A DNA stretch of 64,000 bases from Candidatus Latescibacterota bacterium (GCA_965222605.1 OZ244960.1:32001-96000), one strand, 5' to 3'. Shown: positions 40,134-50,540, counted from the first letter of the stretch. Program-made: numbers and translations. The notes: generated by a model from the letters alone, not told the origin.

Positions 40134-40715
40134 CTAAAGATACAAACCGTGGGTTCTAATATAATCTGCAACAGCGTCGGGAACAAAAAAAGAAATCGGT
40201 CTTTTTTTCCGTACGCGTTCTCTAATCGCCGTTGACGAAATATCCAGCAGAGGCGTTTCAACAAACCGCATCTTGGATTTGAAAGCGGGATCAACGCGCG
40301 CGCGCTCAAAACCTGAGCGTTCAGCCACGAGTACATGAGCCAAATCCAACACGCCTTCGGGGTCGAACCAGTCACCCATTTCAACAGCATTATCGGCACC
40401 AATGATCAAGAATATCTTTGTGTTCTCACCCATATTCCGGCGCAAGTGACGCAAGGTATCAATCGTATAGGATTTTCCGGGGCGCGACAACTCAAATCGA
40501 CTCAGTTCAAATCCCGGATAATCGCGCACGGCCAGGCTGACCATCATCGCGCGATCTTCAGCCGAAGCCATAGTGCGTTTGAGCGGCGGTTCGCCCGACG
40601 GCATAAACACAACCCGATCGAGCGCGCATTGGAGCATGATTTCCTGCCCAATAATTAAATGCCCAATGTGAATGGGATCAAATGTCCCGCCAAAAATGCC
40701 AATGTGCCTTGCCAT
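40134..40715 (-). CDS. nadD: Nicotinate-nucleotide adenylyltransferase
   Basis: GIFGGTFDPIHIGH, SYTIDTL, IIGAD, ISST.IR. Confidence 0.97.
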   Translation of the reverse strand: MARHIGIFGGTFDPIHIGHLIIGQEIMLQCALDRVVFMPSGEPPLKRTMASAEDRAMMVSLAVRDYPGFELSRFELSRPGKSYTIDTLRHLRRNMGENTKIFLIIGADNAVEMGDWFDPEGVLDLAHVLVAERSGFERARVDPAFKSKMRFVETPLLDISSTAIRERVRKKRPISFFVPDAVADYIRTHGLYL

Positions 40716-40716
40716 G

Positions 40717-41481
40717 CTAAGGTTTTTCAACGTGCAATTTGGCTTTTGTTTTTTCCATCTCTTCAATGACTTTTGCCTTCAGCTTCTCTGGCAAATCCTG
40801 CCCCATCAGCAATGTGAGTTCATTGAGAGCCTCATCAAGTGCCCCAGTCTTCAAATTGACCTGTGCAATAATAAAGCGCGCCTCTAAAGCAGCCTCTGTA
40901 TCGGGGTATTCCTTCAATACGCCTTCGGCGTAGAGTTTGGCCGAAGTATAATATTTCCACAGAATATAATCGTATGCAATCATGACTTCCTTACGGGCCA
41001 GTTGATTGCGCAATGCGTTAATTCTTTCCTCTGCCTCAGATACGAAATCGCTTTGGGGATAGTCTTCGATAAACCGCGCAAATTCCCGAATCGCCTTGTG
41101 CGTCTCATCTTGATCGTGGTGAATATCGCGCGCATCCTGATAATAACACTCGCCAATCTGGAAGCGCGCTTCGGCGGCATAAGGACTCACGGGATATTCG
41201 TTGAGCAGACGTTCGTATTCAAAAATAGCTGTCACATAATCTTTTTGACACTGAAAAGCTTTGCCCAACCCAAACTGCGCCTCATCTGACAAATGAGACC
41301 CGGGAAAATCCGATAGCATATTTCTAAACAATAATTCGGCGTCATAGCACTTCTTGTTTTTTAGTGCCTGTTGCGCGTCTTCGTAATAAATCTCTGGACT
41401 CAGTCGCCGATATTTTTGTTGTGCACACCCCAAACTCAACGCGATCAGACACGCACAATAGATATATAAAAACCGTCTCAT
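40717..41481 (-). CDS. bamD: Outer membrane protein assembly factor BamD
   Basis: Lipobox LGC, TPRs, DQDET.KAI..F..FI..YP.S, L...LA.KE..IA..Y. Confidence 0.9.
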   Translation of the reverse strand: MRRFLYIYCACLIALSLGCAQQKYRRLSPEIYYEDAQQALKNKKCYDAELLFRNMLSDFPGSHLSDEAQFGLGKAFQCQKDYVTAIFEYERLLNEYPVSPYAAEARFQIGECYYQDARDIHHDQDETHKAIREFARFIEDYPQSDFVSEAEERINALRNQLARKEVMIAYDYILWKYYTSAKLYAEGVLKEYPDTEAALEARFIIAQVNLKTGALDEALNELTLLMGQDLPEKLKAKVIEEMEKTKAKLHVEKP

Positions 41482-41756
41482 AATCCGCCAATCTGCATGA
41501 TCCAAAGAACTGTTAACATATCGTCCTGTCTGATAAACGATGCAGATTCTGTAATGTTCCCCAGTTTCTTAAACAAAAAAGGGCGCGTTTTTCCCGCGCT
41601 TCATTTCAAAATCTTCAAAAATATAAGACCTTTACAACATAAGCAAACCCACCTATCAAGTCAAGAATACCGACTTGGTAATCATGATCTCTTGACTTGC
41701 ATAAGAGATTTTCGCATGAATGTTAAGTGCCTAAACAAAAACCTAAGAGGTACTCC

Positions 41757-41955
41757 ATGCCCCGCGTCCTTGTCATCGGGAGTTCCAACACCGATCTAAT
41801 TATTCGCGCCAGCAAATTGCCATCGCCGGGCGAAACAGTACTCGGCGGCACATTTTTTATTGCCGGAGGTGGCAAAGGCGCCAACCAGGCCGTTGCCGCA
41901 GCCCGCGATCCCCACCAGAGATCAAATCGACGCGCTGTTGGCGAATCTCCCTTGA
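41757..41955 (+). pseudogene. rbsK: Ribokinase remnant with large internal deletion
   Basis: N-terminus VLVIGSSNTDL...P.PGET.....F....GGKGANQAVAAAR joined out of frame to a ribokinase-type C-terminus QPAIPTRDQIDALLANLP*. Confidence 0.85.
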
Positions 41956-42048
41956 CGACATCCCCACCTTGTCCTATATTTCTATTCCCTTTCCCAGACT
42001 CCCTCCCCCTCTCTCCCTGATGCCATCCCGTATCAGAAAGGAAATCTA

Positions 42049-42225
42049 ATGGGTTTGAGGAAGGCGAACGCGATCAGGCTCGATTTCGATGACCTCGTCA
42101 AAGAACTCGACGATTTCGAGCAAGACATTAGAACCCTTCAGGACCGTATAGACCAACTCATCACCAACGCGCGACAAAAACCAGTCAAAGCCATTACGAG
42201 CGAAGGCGATATGGGCACGACCTGA
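42049..42225 (+). CDS. Small coiled-coil hypothetical protein (58 aa; absent from the ORF track)
   Basis: SD agaaagga; MGLRKANAIRLDFDDLVKELDDFEQDIRTLQDRIDQLITNARQKPVKAITSEGDMGTT; followed by a terminator. Confidence 0.7.
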   Translation: MGLRKANAIRLDFDDLVKELDDFEQDIRTLQDRIDQLITNARQKPVKAITSEGDMGTT

Positions 42226-42236
42226 ACACACAAATA

Positions 42237-42271
42237 AACAGGCGGGTATTCTTCCCGCCTGTTATTTTTTT
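42237..42271 (+). terminator. Intrinsic terminator
   Basis: aacaggcggg / cccgcctgtt plus T tract. Confidence 0.8.
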
Positions 42272-42276
42272 ACACC

Positions 42277-42471
42277 ATGTTCTACACCACTATATTTGCC
42301 ATCGTCCTCATCATTGTCATATCGGTCAAATATTTCTACAAACCCGTTGAACGCTGTCCCGAATGCAATACCCCGCGCGAATCCGATCATCCGATATGCC
42401 CTTGTGGCTATGTTTTTGAATTTCCCGATGATGATGATCCCCTCGAATACGGCGATCCCGAAGATCAGTAA
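42277..42471 (+). CDS. Small membrane-anchored zinc-ribbon protein
   Basis: TM helix, then CPEC-x10-CPCG, acidic tail; ends at the purB SD. Confidence 0.7.
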   Translation: MFYTTIFAIVLIIVISVKYFYKPVERCPECNTPRESDHPICPCGYVFEFPDDDDPLEYGDPEDQ

Positions 42472-42481
42472 AGGAATCCCC

Positions 42482-43840
42482 ATGACCCTCACCGCACTTT
42501 CTCCCCTCGACAATCGCTACACGAGTCGCTTGACAGACCTCGCTCCCTGTCTCTCGCATTTTGCACTAATAGCCTATCGCGTACAGATCGAAATCGAATG
42601 GTTGCGCTTTCAATCAGAGCACCCCGAACTCACACACATCCGCGCATTCACCGACGCTGAACATCAGATGTTGAAATCGTGGATAGACACTTTCGATGAA
42701 CAGCAGGCTCAACGCGTTGTCGCAATCGAAAGAGTCACCAATCACGATGTCAAATCCGTCGAATACTATGTCAGAGAACGCCTCGCGGAAACATCGCTCG
42801 CCGACGTATGCGAAGCCGTGCATTTTTGTTGCACCTCTGAAGACATCAACAATCTCTCTCACGCGCTCATGCTCAAATCCGCTATCAAAGATGTCTTTCT
42901 TCCACTGGCACAGCAAGTTATCCAAATCACTTCAAAACTCGCACAAGACACTAAAAACCTTTCTATACTCGCGCGCACACACGGCCAACCCGCCACCCCG
43001 ACCACGATGGGCAAAGAACTCGCAGTATTTGTCTATCGCTGGCAGCGGCAAATCAAACAGGCGACACAGCTCGAATACCTCGGCAAATTCAATGGCGCCA
43101 CCGGCAATTATAACGCGCACATCGCGGCCTATCCCGAAGTGCTCTGGCATGACCTCACCCGCGATTTCGTCCAGCGTTTCGGTCTCACATTCAATCCCCT
43201 CACCACGCAGATTGAATCGCATGATTATATGGCCGAAGTCTTTCACCTGATCATCCGATTCAACACTATCGCACTCGACTTTGCCCGCGACATGTGGACC
43301 TATATATCCCTATCCTATTTTCGCCAGAAAACAGTCGCTACAGAAGTCGGATCCTCGACTATGCCCCACAAAGTCAATCCCATCGATTTTGAAAATGCCG
43401 AAGCCAATCTGGGTATCAGTACAGCCCTGCTCGAACATCTATCGACCAAATTACCCGTCTCACGCCTTCAGCGCGACCTGTCTGATTCCTCAGCCAGTCG
43501 CAATATTGGCCCGGCTATCGGCCATGCGTGTCTCGCCCTGAAATCCCTCCTGAATGGCATGAGTAAGGTCGCCATCGGCAAACAGGCCATTGCCAGCGAT
43601 CTCGAAAACGCCTGGGAAATCCTCGGCGAAGCCGTACAAACCGTCATGCGAAAAAACGGATATGAAAATGCCTACGAGCTTATGAAAGACCTCACCCGCG
43701 GCACAGAGATTACAAAGGACGATCTCGACAATTTTCTCAACACTCTCAATCTGTCACCAGCAGACCTCAAACACCTGAAAAATCTAACGCCTCAATCTTA
43801 TATAGGACTTGCCCCGCAGCTTGTGGATGATATTTTATAG
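42482..43840 (+). CDS. purB: Adenylosuccinate lyase
   Basis: LTALSPLD.RY, TNHDVKSVEY, RTHGQPATPTT.GKE, GSSTMPHKVNPIDFEN. Confidence 0.98.
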   Translation: MTLTALSPLDNRYTSRLTDLAPCLSHFALIAYRVQIEIEWLRFQSEHPELTHIRAFTDAEHQMLKSWIDTFDEQQAQRVVAIERVTNHDVKSVEYYVRERLAETSLADVCEAVHFCCTSEDINNLSHALMLKSAIKDVFLPLAQQVIQITSKLAQDTKNLSILARTHGQPATPTTMGKELAVFVYRWQRQIKQATQLEYLGKFNGATGNYNAHIAAYPEVLWHDLTRDFVQRFGLTFNPLTTQIESHDYMAEVFHLIIRFNTIALDFARDMWTYISLSYFRQKTVATEVGSSTMPHKVNPIDFENAEANLGISTALLEHLSTKLPVSRLQRDLSDSSASRNIGPAIGHACLALKSLLNGMSKVAIGKQAIASDLENAWEILGEAVQTVMRKNGYENAYELMKDLTRGTEITKDDLDNFLNTLNLSPADLKHLKNLTPQSYIGLAPQLVDDIL

Positions 43841-43878
43841 TGGATAGCAGGTTGAATGCTGATTTCTAACCGCTACAA

Positions 43879-43926
43879 ATGATATATGTTTCCGACCTCG
43901 ACGGCACACTCTTGCGTAACAATTAA
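43879..43926 (+). pseudogene. Remnant N-terminus of a Cof-type HAD hydrolase
   Basis: MIYVSDLDGTLLRNN* contains HAD motif I (DLDGTLL) and stops after 15 codons. Confidence 0.65.
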
Positions 43927-44016
43927 GTTGGAATCTTGTTCTCTGCCCGGTCTGTTCATCGTGAACTGGTCTGGACTTTGACCAGTTGTACACCGCTTTA
44001 CACTTCACACTTCATC

Positions 44017-44571
44017 ATGCCCTTTGAATTTGAGCACCTCGCCATACCCGACGTCATCCTCGTTCGCGCAAAGCGATTTTCCGATGGTCGCGGTTTTTTT
44101 GTTGAAACGTACAAACAGGACGATTTCGAAGCCAACGGCATTTTAGAAATGTTCGTTCAGGATAACCACTCTCGTTCTACCCGCGGCGTGCTACGCGGAT
44201 TGCACTACCAAAAAGCTCCTCGCGCACAGGGCAAACTCATCCAGGTAATCAAAGGCGAAATATACGATGTTGCCGTCGATATTCGTCGGGGATCCCCCAC
44301 TTATGGTCAGTGGACCGGCATTCATCTTTCCGAAGCGCGATTCGAACTCCTGTATGTACCCCCCGGTTTTGCACACGGCTTCTGCGTTCTCAGTGAGGTG
44401 GCGGACTTCACATATAAATGTACGGATATTTACGCACCAGAGACCTATCGCGGTATTTCCTGGGATGATCCCGACTTAGATATTTCCTGGCCCATAAAAA
44501 ACCCAATCCTTTCCAAGCGCGACCAAAATCTCCCCCCGCTCAAAGAGGCAGACAACAATTTCATTTACTGA
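44017..44571 (+). CDS. rfbC: dTDP-4-dehydrorhamnose 3,5-epimerase
   Basis: D.RGFF.E, FVQDNHSRS..GVLRGLHYQ, DVAVDIRRGSPTYG, VPPGFAHGF. Confidence 0.96.
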   Translation: MPFEFEHLAIPDVILVRAKRFSDGRGFFVETYKQDDFEANGILEMFVQDNHSRSTRGVLRGLHYQKAPRAQGKLIQVIKGEIYDVAVDIRRGSPTYGQWTGIHLSEARFELLYVPPGFAHGFCVLSEVADFTYKCTDIYAPETYRGISWDDPDLDISWPIKNPILSKRDQNLPPLKEADNNFIY

Positions 44572-44578
44572 GGATCCC

Positions 44579-47500
44579 ATGAGCCTGAAGCATTTTTTTC
44601 GCACATCCCCCACGCAGCAACACACCTTGCTCCAATTGTCAAAGCAACACGTCTCTGCACACATTCACGATATTGAAACTGAATACTGTTTCAACGTACA
44701 AACGGACAGTCCGCTTTCCGCTGACCAGCAAAGCCGGCTCACCTATCTGTTATCTGAAACCTTTGAAGCAGATCAATTCGCAGAGCAGTCCTTTCTTACG
44801 GGACCTGGCACGATCCTCGAAGTGGGGCCGCGCATGAATTTTTCTACGGCTTGGTCCACAAATGCCACGGCAATATGCCACGCCTGTGGGATCACGCAAA
44901 TTTCGCGTATCGAACGGTCGCGACGTTACCTCATCAAACCCTCCCTGAGCCTGGATCAACAGAATATCTTTTTATCCCTCGTACACGACCGCATGACCGA
45001 ATGCCCGTACCCTCACTCCCTTACCTCCTTTAAATCCGATGCAAAACCAGAGCCCGTATTCGAGATTTCCCTCATAGAAAAAGGTCGCCGCGCCCTCGAA
45101 AAAATCAATCGCACCATGGGCCTGGCATTCGACGAATGGGACCTCAATTATTACACAGACCTATTCCTCGATCAGATCGGGCGCAACCCCACCAATGTCG
45201 AATGCTTTGACATTGCCCAATCCAACAGCGAACACTGCAGGCACTGGTTCTTCAAAGGCCGCCTCATCATTGATAGCGAAGAGATGCCCGATCACCTCAT
45301 CGCCATGATCCAATCGCCGCTCAAAGCCAATCCCAACAACAGCACCATAGCCTTCAAAGACAATTCCAGCGCCATTCGAGGGTATCCGATCCGCACCATT
45401 GTGCCCACCACTATCGGTAGCCCATCCCCATTTGCATTCTCAGACCGCACCTGGGACATCATCTTCACAGCGGAAACGCACAACTTCCCATCGGGCGTTG
45501 CCCCTTTTCCCGGTGCAGAAACAGGTACCGGTGGACGCATCAGAGATGTGCAAGCCACGGGCCGCGGCGCACTTGTGGTCGCGGGCACAGCGGCGTATTG
45601 CGTGGGCAATTTGTATATCCCCGGATACGATCTGCCCTGGGAAAACCCCGCATTTCAGTACCCCGATAACCTCGCCACGCCCTTGCAAATCGCAATTGAA
45701 GCCAGCAATGGGGCCTCAGATTACGGCAACAAATTCGGCGAACCCCTCATACAGGGTTACACGCGATCTTATGGCGCGCGCCTGCCCAATGGAGAACGCA
45801 GAGAATGGATCAAACCCATTATGTTTAGCGGTGGAATCGGTCAAATGGACGCGCGTCATACCAATAAAGAAAAACCCGCGCCCCAAATGCTCGTCACTAA
45901 GATCGGTGGCCCGGCCTATCGTATTGGCATGGGGGGGGGCGCTGCTTCGAGCATGGTACAGGGTGAAAATGAAGCCGAACTCGATTTTAATGCCGTGCAG
46001 CGCGGCGACGCAGAAATGGAACAAAAACTCAATCGCGTGATCCGCGCCTGTGTTGAACTCGGCGATCAAAACCCCATTGTCAGCATCCACGATCAGGGTG
46101 CTGGTGGCAACTGCAATGTCCTCAAAGAAATCGTTGAGCCAGCAGGTGCTCGCATCGATATTCGCGCTGTGCCCATTGGGGATGAAACCCTATCTGTGCT
46201 CGAAATCTGGGGCGCCGAATATCAGGAAAACAATGCCCTGCTTATCCGCCCCGAACACGCCCATCTCTTTGACGCCCTCTGCAAACGAGAAAAGGTCATC
46301 TATGCTTTTGTCGGCGAAGTGACCGGCGATGGACAGGTGGTTGTCTTCGATAGCAAAGACAATACCACACCCGTTGACCTCGACCTGGAAAAATTCCTCG
46401 GCGATATGCCACAAAAACCATTCAAACTCGACCGCTTTCCCATCTGCACAGAACCGCTCATTCTGCCCGAGAACCTGACCGTTGAAAAAGCACTCGACCG
46501 CGTGCTTCGCCTCGTCTCTGTTGGTTCCAAGCGATTTCTCACCAACAAAGTTGACCGCTGCGTGACCGGGCTTGTCGCACAACAGCAATGCGTGGGACCG
46601 ATCCAGCTAACCGCAGCGGATGTCGCCGTCATTGCACAAAGCCATTTTGGCACGACTGGTGCCGCTACAGCCATTGGCGAACAACCCATCAAGGGTCTCA
46701 TCGATCCTGCGGCAATGGGACGCCTGTGCGTGGGCGAAATGCTCACCAACATCGCCTGGGCACGCCTGAGTGCTATCGAAGACATCAAATGCTCTGGCAA
46801 CTGGATGTGGGCAGCCAAATTGCCCGGAGAAGGCGCGGCGCTTTACGATGCAGCCCGCGCACTCACAGATATTCTACACGAATTGGGCATTGCCATAGAT
46901 GGCGGTAAGGACAGTCTATCGATGGCCGCAATCGCGCCGGGAGATGATGGCGATGAAACCGTCAAAGCACCCGGCACACTTGTCATATCGGGCTATGTCA
47001 CCAGCCCGGATATCACGCAGACCGTTACGCCCGACTTAAAATATCCCGACGAAGGTATCATACTTTACGTCGATCTCGGCGCAGACAAACATCGCCTCGG
47101 CGGATCTTCTCTCGCCCATGTGTATGAGCAACTCGGCAATGAGTCGCCAGATGTCGATGATCCCGCCCTGCTCAAACGCGCAATCGGCGCACTTCAATCC
47201 TGCATCGCAAAAAGTTATATTGCCTCGGGACACGACCGCAGCGATGGTGGCCTCCTCACCGCGCTTTTGGAAATGGCTTTTGCCGGCAACTGTGGTATTG
47301 AAATCGATCTTCAAACCCGTGCCAATGCGATCCCCGCGCTCTTTTCCGAAGAGCTCGGCCTCGTCTTTGAAGTGCGTTCAAAAAATCTGATGATCGTGCG
47401 AGAAATTTTTGAAAAAGCTGCCGTGCCTATCCAAACCATTGGAAAAGCGACATCCAGCCCCGACATCCAAATTTCTGTCAACAATCAGTGCGTTCTCAAA

Positions 47501-48484
47501 ACTCCCATGCCCGAATTGCGCGACCTGTGGGAAGCCACGAGTTTCCAGCTCGAACGCCGGCAAACCAATCCATTCTGCGTCGCGCAAGAAGAGGCTTTTC
47601 TACACGCGCGCACAGGTCCCAAATTCACCGTGCCTTTCACCCCAATGCCCACACCGCCCGCCATTCTCAATGCCAGTAGCAAACCCGCAGTCGCCATCGT
47701 GCGAGAAGAGGGCAGCAATGGAGACCGCGAAATGACCTCTGCGTTTTTTGCAGCGGGATTTGAACCCTGGGATGTGACCACCAGCGATCTCCTATCTGGC
47801 ACCATCGCGCTCGACCACCAATTCAGAGGAGTCGTATTTGTGGGCGGATTCAGCTATGCCGATGTACTCGACTCGGCCAAAGGCTGGGCTGGTGTGATTC
47901 GCTTCAACGACGGCCTTCGCACTCAGTTTGATGCCTTCTACAACCGCCCCGATACCTTCAGCCTCGGCGTGTGCAATGGCTGCCAGCTCATGGCCCTGCT
48001 CGGCTGGGTTCCGTTCCCCGGCCTTGCCAATACGGCACAACCCCGGTTTATTCGCAACGAATCCGCGCGTTTTGAATCCCGCTTTTCCACTGTGCAAATT
48101 CAGGACAGTCCAGCGATTATGTTCAGAAACATGGCCGGGGCATCTCTCGGCGTGTGGGTCGCGCACGGCGAAGGCCGCGCATTTTTCCCTCGCGCAGACG
48201 TGCTTGACCGCGTCATAGACGAAAATCTTTGCCCCGTGCGCTATGTCGATGACAATAATACCGCGACCGAAGCCTATCCCTTTAACCCAAATGGTTCGCC
48301 ACACGGTATTGCCAGCCTTTGCTCCCCTGATGGACGCCACCTCGCCATGATGCCCCATCCCGAACGCACCTTTCTCAAGTGGCAATGGGGCTATATGCCA
48401 AACCACTGGAAACGCGATCTTCAGGCTTCTCCGTGGCTTCAACTATTCCAAAACGCCCGCGAGTGGTGCGAGGGTAAAACGTAA
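44579..48484 (+). CDS. purL: Phosphoribosylformylglycinamidine synthase, large single-chain type
   Basis: 1301 aa; QSNSEHCRH, ETHNFP, GAETGTGGRIRD, GGKDSLSM, GVCNGCQ, MMPHPER. Confidence 0.98.
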   Translation: MSLKHFFRTSPTQQHTLLQLSKQHVSAHIHDIETEYCFNVQTDSPLSADQQSRLTYLLSETFEADQFAEQSFLTGPGTILEVGPRMNFSTAWSTNATAICHACGITQISRIERSRRYLIKPSLSLDQQNIFLSLVHDRMTECPYPHSLTSFKSDAKPEPVFEISLIEKGRRALEKINRTMGLAFDEWDLNYYTDLFLDQIGRNPTNVECFDIAQSNSEHCRHWFFKGRLIIDSEEMPDHLIAMIQSPLKANPNNSTIAFKDNSSAIRGYPIRTIVPTTIGSPSPFAFSDRTWDIIFTAETHNFPSGVAPFPGAETGTGGRIRDVQATGRGALVVAGTAAYCVGNLYIPGYDLPWENPAFQYPDNLATPLQIAIEASNGASDYGNKFGEPLIQGYTRSYGARLPNGERREWIKPIMFSGGIGQMDARHTNKEKPAPQMLVTKIGGPAYRIGMGGGAASSMVQGENEAELDFNAVQRGDAEMEQKLNRVIRACVELGDQNPIVSIHDQGAGGNCNVLKEIVEPAGARIDIRAVPIGDETLSVLEIWGAEYQENNALLIRPEHAHLFDALCKREKVIYAFVGEVTGDGQVVVFDSKDNTTPVDLDLEKFLGDMPQKPFKLDRFPICTEPLILPENLTVEKALDRVLRLVSVGSKRFLTNKVDRCVTGLVAQQQCVGPIQLTAADVAVIAQSHFGTTGAATAIGEQPIKGLIDPAAMGRLCVGEMLTNIAWARLSAIEDIKCSGNWMWAAKLPGEGAALYDAARALTDILHELGIAIDGGKDSLSMAAIAPGDDGDETVKAPGTLVISGYVTSPDITQTVTPDLKYPDEGIILYVDLGADKHRLGGSSLAHVYEQLGNESPDVDDPALLKRAIGALQSCIAKSYIASGHDRSDGGLLTALLEMAFAGNCGIEIDLQTRANAIPALFSEELGLVFEVRSKNLMIVREIFEKAAVPIQTIGKATSSPDIQISVNNQCVLKTPMPELRDLWEATSFQLERRQTNPFCVAQEEAFLHARTGPKFTVPFTPMPTPPAILNASSKPAVAIVREEGSNGDREMTSAFFAAGFEPWDVTTSDLLSGTIALDHQFRGVVFVGGFSYADVLDSAKGWAGVIRFNDGLRTQFDAFYNRPDTFSLGVCNGCQLMALLGWVPFPGLANTAQPRFIRNESARFESRFSTVQIQDSPAIMFRNMAGASLGVWVAHGEGRAFFPRADVLDRVIDENLCPVRYVDDNNTATEAYPFNPNGSPHGIASLCSPDGRHLAMMPHPERTFLKWQWGYMPNHWKRDLQASPWLQLFQNAREWCEGKT

Positions 48485-48501
48485 GACGGGAGACGTAAGA
48501 T

Positions 48502-48525
48502 GTAGGGGCGAGGCATGCCTCGCCC
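48502..48525. repeat. GTAG-type REP-like palindrome
   Basis: GTAG followed by the perfect palindrome GGGCGAGGCATGCCTCGCCC. Confidence 0.7.
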
Positions 48526-48576
48526 ATTTTAAGATACAAGAGGGGAATTCAAGCCCTACCTCTGTCGTCATCACTA

Positions 48577-48620
48577 CAAAAAGACACGCCCCGCATTTTC
48601 CTGCTGGGGCGTGTCTTTTG
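48577..48620. terminator. Bidirectional terminator (purL/phytase)
   Basis: aaaagacacgcccc / ggggcgtgtctttt. Confidence 0.85.
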
Positions 48621-48668
48621 CAATTCGATGGACCTCGGGCGGCCGAAAAGATAGGGGGAAAATAGCCG

Positions 48669-49751
48669 TTATCGAGGGCCGCAGTCGAGGCCGAAGGCCG
48701 CGATGATCTCCGCCATGTCGAAGGCGGCGACGTTGCCGTCGTCATGCACGGCGTAGAAGGCACCCCGGGTGAAGGGGCCGAAGCTGCGGCCAGTGAGGGC
48801 GACGCCGTCGGTGTTGATGGTGACGGCTCCTGAGAAGGTGCCCCGGATGGCGAGATTCTCCCGGTCAAAAATCAGGAAGCGGTTTTTCACATAATCCTGG
48901 TCGGTGGCGAACCAGTAGCCGCGGCCTTCCGCGCATTCCAGCAGTGCCACGCCTTCCGGTTGGCGGTAGAAGACCCCGTCTCCGACGAGTTGGCCGGTGA
49001 ACCGCCCCTCGAGGTCATAGACCTTGATCACCCCTTCCGACTCATCGGCAACCAGCATCCTGCCGAGAAGGGGATCCATCGCGACCGACTCAACCTTCCT
49101 CAGGTAACCGTCCTCCGTGGTGTCACCAAAGGCACCGACGTACTCCCCAGTTAGCTGTGTCTCCGACACTTGCAGACGAAATCGGCGCAGACGCTCTCCC
49201 ATCTCCGTAGCTGGCGCCGAGGACGATTTCGGTTCATAGCTGTCGGTGACCCAGACGTCCCAGCCGCCTTCACCATGGGCCGCGGCAATTCCGTACGGCG
49301 CGCGTAGCACTTCGGCTCCGAGAAGGGCGACCGGCTCCAAGTCCGGCAGCGACAGGGCCTGCAGGCGATGATTGTCGCGCTCGACGACGATGACGAAGTC
49401 ACCGATCACGACGATGCCGTTGGGGCGCTGAAACTGACCCGCCTCGGTACCCGGACCGCCGACCCGGCGGATCAGCTTTCCGTTGACCGCGTCGTGAACG
49501 AGCAGTTGGTGCGCCGACTTGGCGGTGGAGAGAAGCCAGTGGCGGCCTCCGGGGCCGTGCCAGACCGCCGGAGAGTCGATGTCGTCCGCTTCCCGGCGCT
49601 CGGTGAGAAAGGTCTCGACGATAGTGACATCCGCATCGGGCGGCGTCCGAAGCAACGACCACGGAATGCCCTGACACTGGACAAGAAGCAGAGCCACCCC
49701 CAGATAGAGGGAGGCCAAGAAGATTCGCCACACAGAATTACAACAGATCAT
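48669..49751 (-). CDS. Beta-propeller phytase-like secreted protein
   Basis: DDIDSPAVW, STAK, PEGVAL.......GYW..TDQ, NTDGVAL......F..G.F.AV.DD; N-terminal signal; markedly GC-richer than the flanks. Confidence 0.8.
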   Translation of the reverse strand: MICCNSVWRIFLASLYLGVALLLVQCQGIPWSLLRTPPDADVTIVETFLTERREADDIDSPAVWHGPGGRHWLLSTAKSAHQLLVHDAVNGKLIRRVGGPGTEAGQFQRPNGIVVIGDFVIVVERDNHRLQALSLPDLEPVALLGAEVLRAPYGIAAAHGEGGWDVWVTDSYEPKSSSAPATEMGERLRRFRLQVSETQLTGEYVGAFGDTTEDGYLRKVESVAMDPLLGRMLVADESEGVIKVYDLEGRFTGQLVGDGVFYRQPEGVALLECAEGRGYWFATDQDYVKNRFLIFDRENLAIRGTFSGAVTINTDGVALTGRSFGPFTRGAFYAVHDDGNVAAFDMAEIIAAFGLDCGPR

Positions 49752-49879
49752 TTCTCTTTTCCTTTGCTATGGGATCGGTGAGATCCGTCGAACATTAAAC
49801 GAAAACCCCGCATAAACTATTTCAATCCTTTGGTATAATATAATTGAGGGATGTGCATAAATCAAGTCCAGACAGCCTT

Positions 49880-50515
49880 TATGCTGCTGTGCTCAACTCG
49901 ACCAAAGGCTGGGCTGGTGTGATTCGCTTCAACGATGGCCTTCGCGCCCAGTTTGATGCCTTCTACAACCGCCCCGATACCTTCAGCCTCGGCGTATGCA
50001 ATGGCTGCCAGCTCATGGCCCTGCTCGGCTGGGTTCCGTTCCCCGGCCTTGCCAATACGGCACAACCCCGGTTTATTCGCAACGAATCCGCGCGTTTTGA
50101 ATCCCGCTTTTCCACTGTGCAAATTCAGGACAGTCCAGCAATTATGTTCAAAAACATGGCTGGCGCATCTCTCGGCGTGTGGGTCGCGCACGGCGAAGGC
50201 CGCGCATTTTTTCCCCGCGCAGACGTACTCGACCGCGTCATAGGCGAAAATCTCTGCCCCGTGCGCTATGTCGATGACAATAATACCGCGACCGAAGCCT
50301 ACCCCTTTAACCCAAATGGTTCGCCACACGGTATTGCTGGCCTTTGCTCCCCCGATGGTCGCCACCTCGCCATGATGCCCCACCCCGAACGCACCTTTCT
50401 CAAGTGGCAATGGGGTTATATGCCAAACCATTGGAAACGCGATCTTCAGGCCTCTCCCTGGCTTCAACTATTCCAAAACGCCCGCGAGTGGTGCGAAAAA
50501 ACGGGTGAGATGTAA
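49880..50515 (+). pseudogene. purL: Duplicated 3' fragment of purL (partial glutaminase domain)
   Basis: Nearly identical to the last ~205 aa of PurL; lacks the start of the glutaminase domain and a convincing start/SD. Confidence 0.8.
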
Positions 50516-50540
50516 AATCCATAACACGCAGGTATAGAAC

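Larger units (their letters stand above)
47855..50496 (+). repeat. 617-bp direct repeat of the purL 3' end (47855-48471 and 49880-50496, offset 2025 bp)
   Basis: Both ends align at the same 2025-bp offset with scattered, mostly synonymous substitutions; weaker similarity continues through the 3' UTR and terminator. Confidence 0.95.

Noticed and set aside
49844-50515. Stand-alone purQ gene
   Set aside because: It is a near-identical copy of the purL tail that lacks the first part of the glutaminase domain and has no convincing start.
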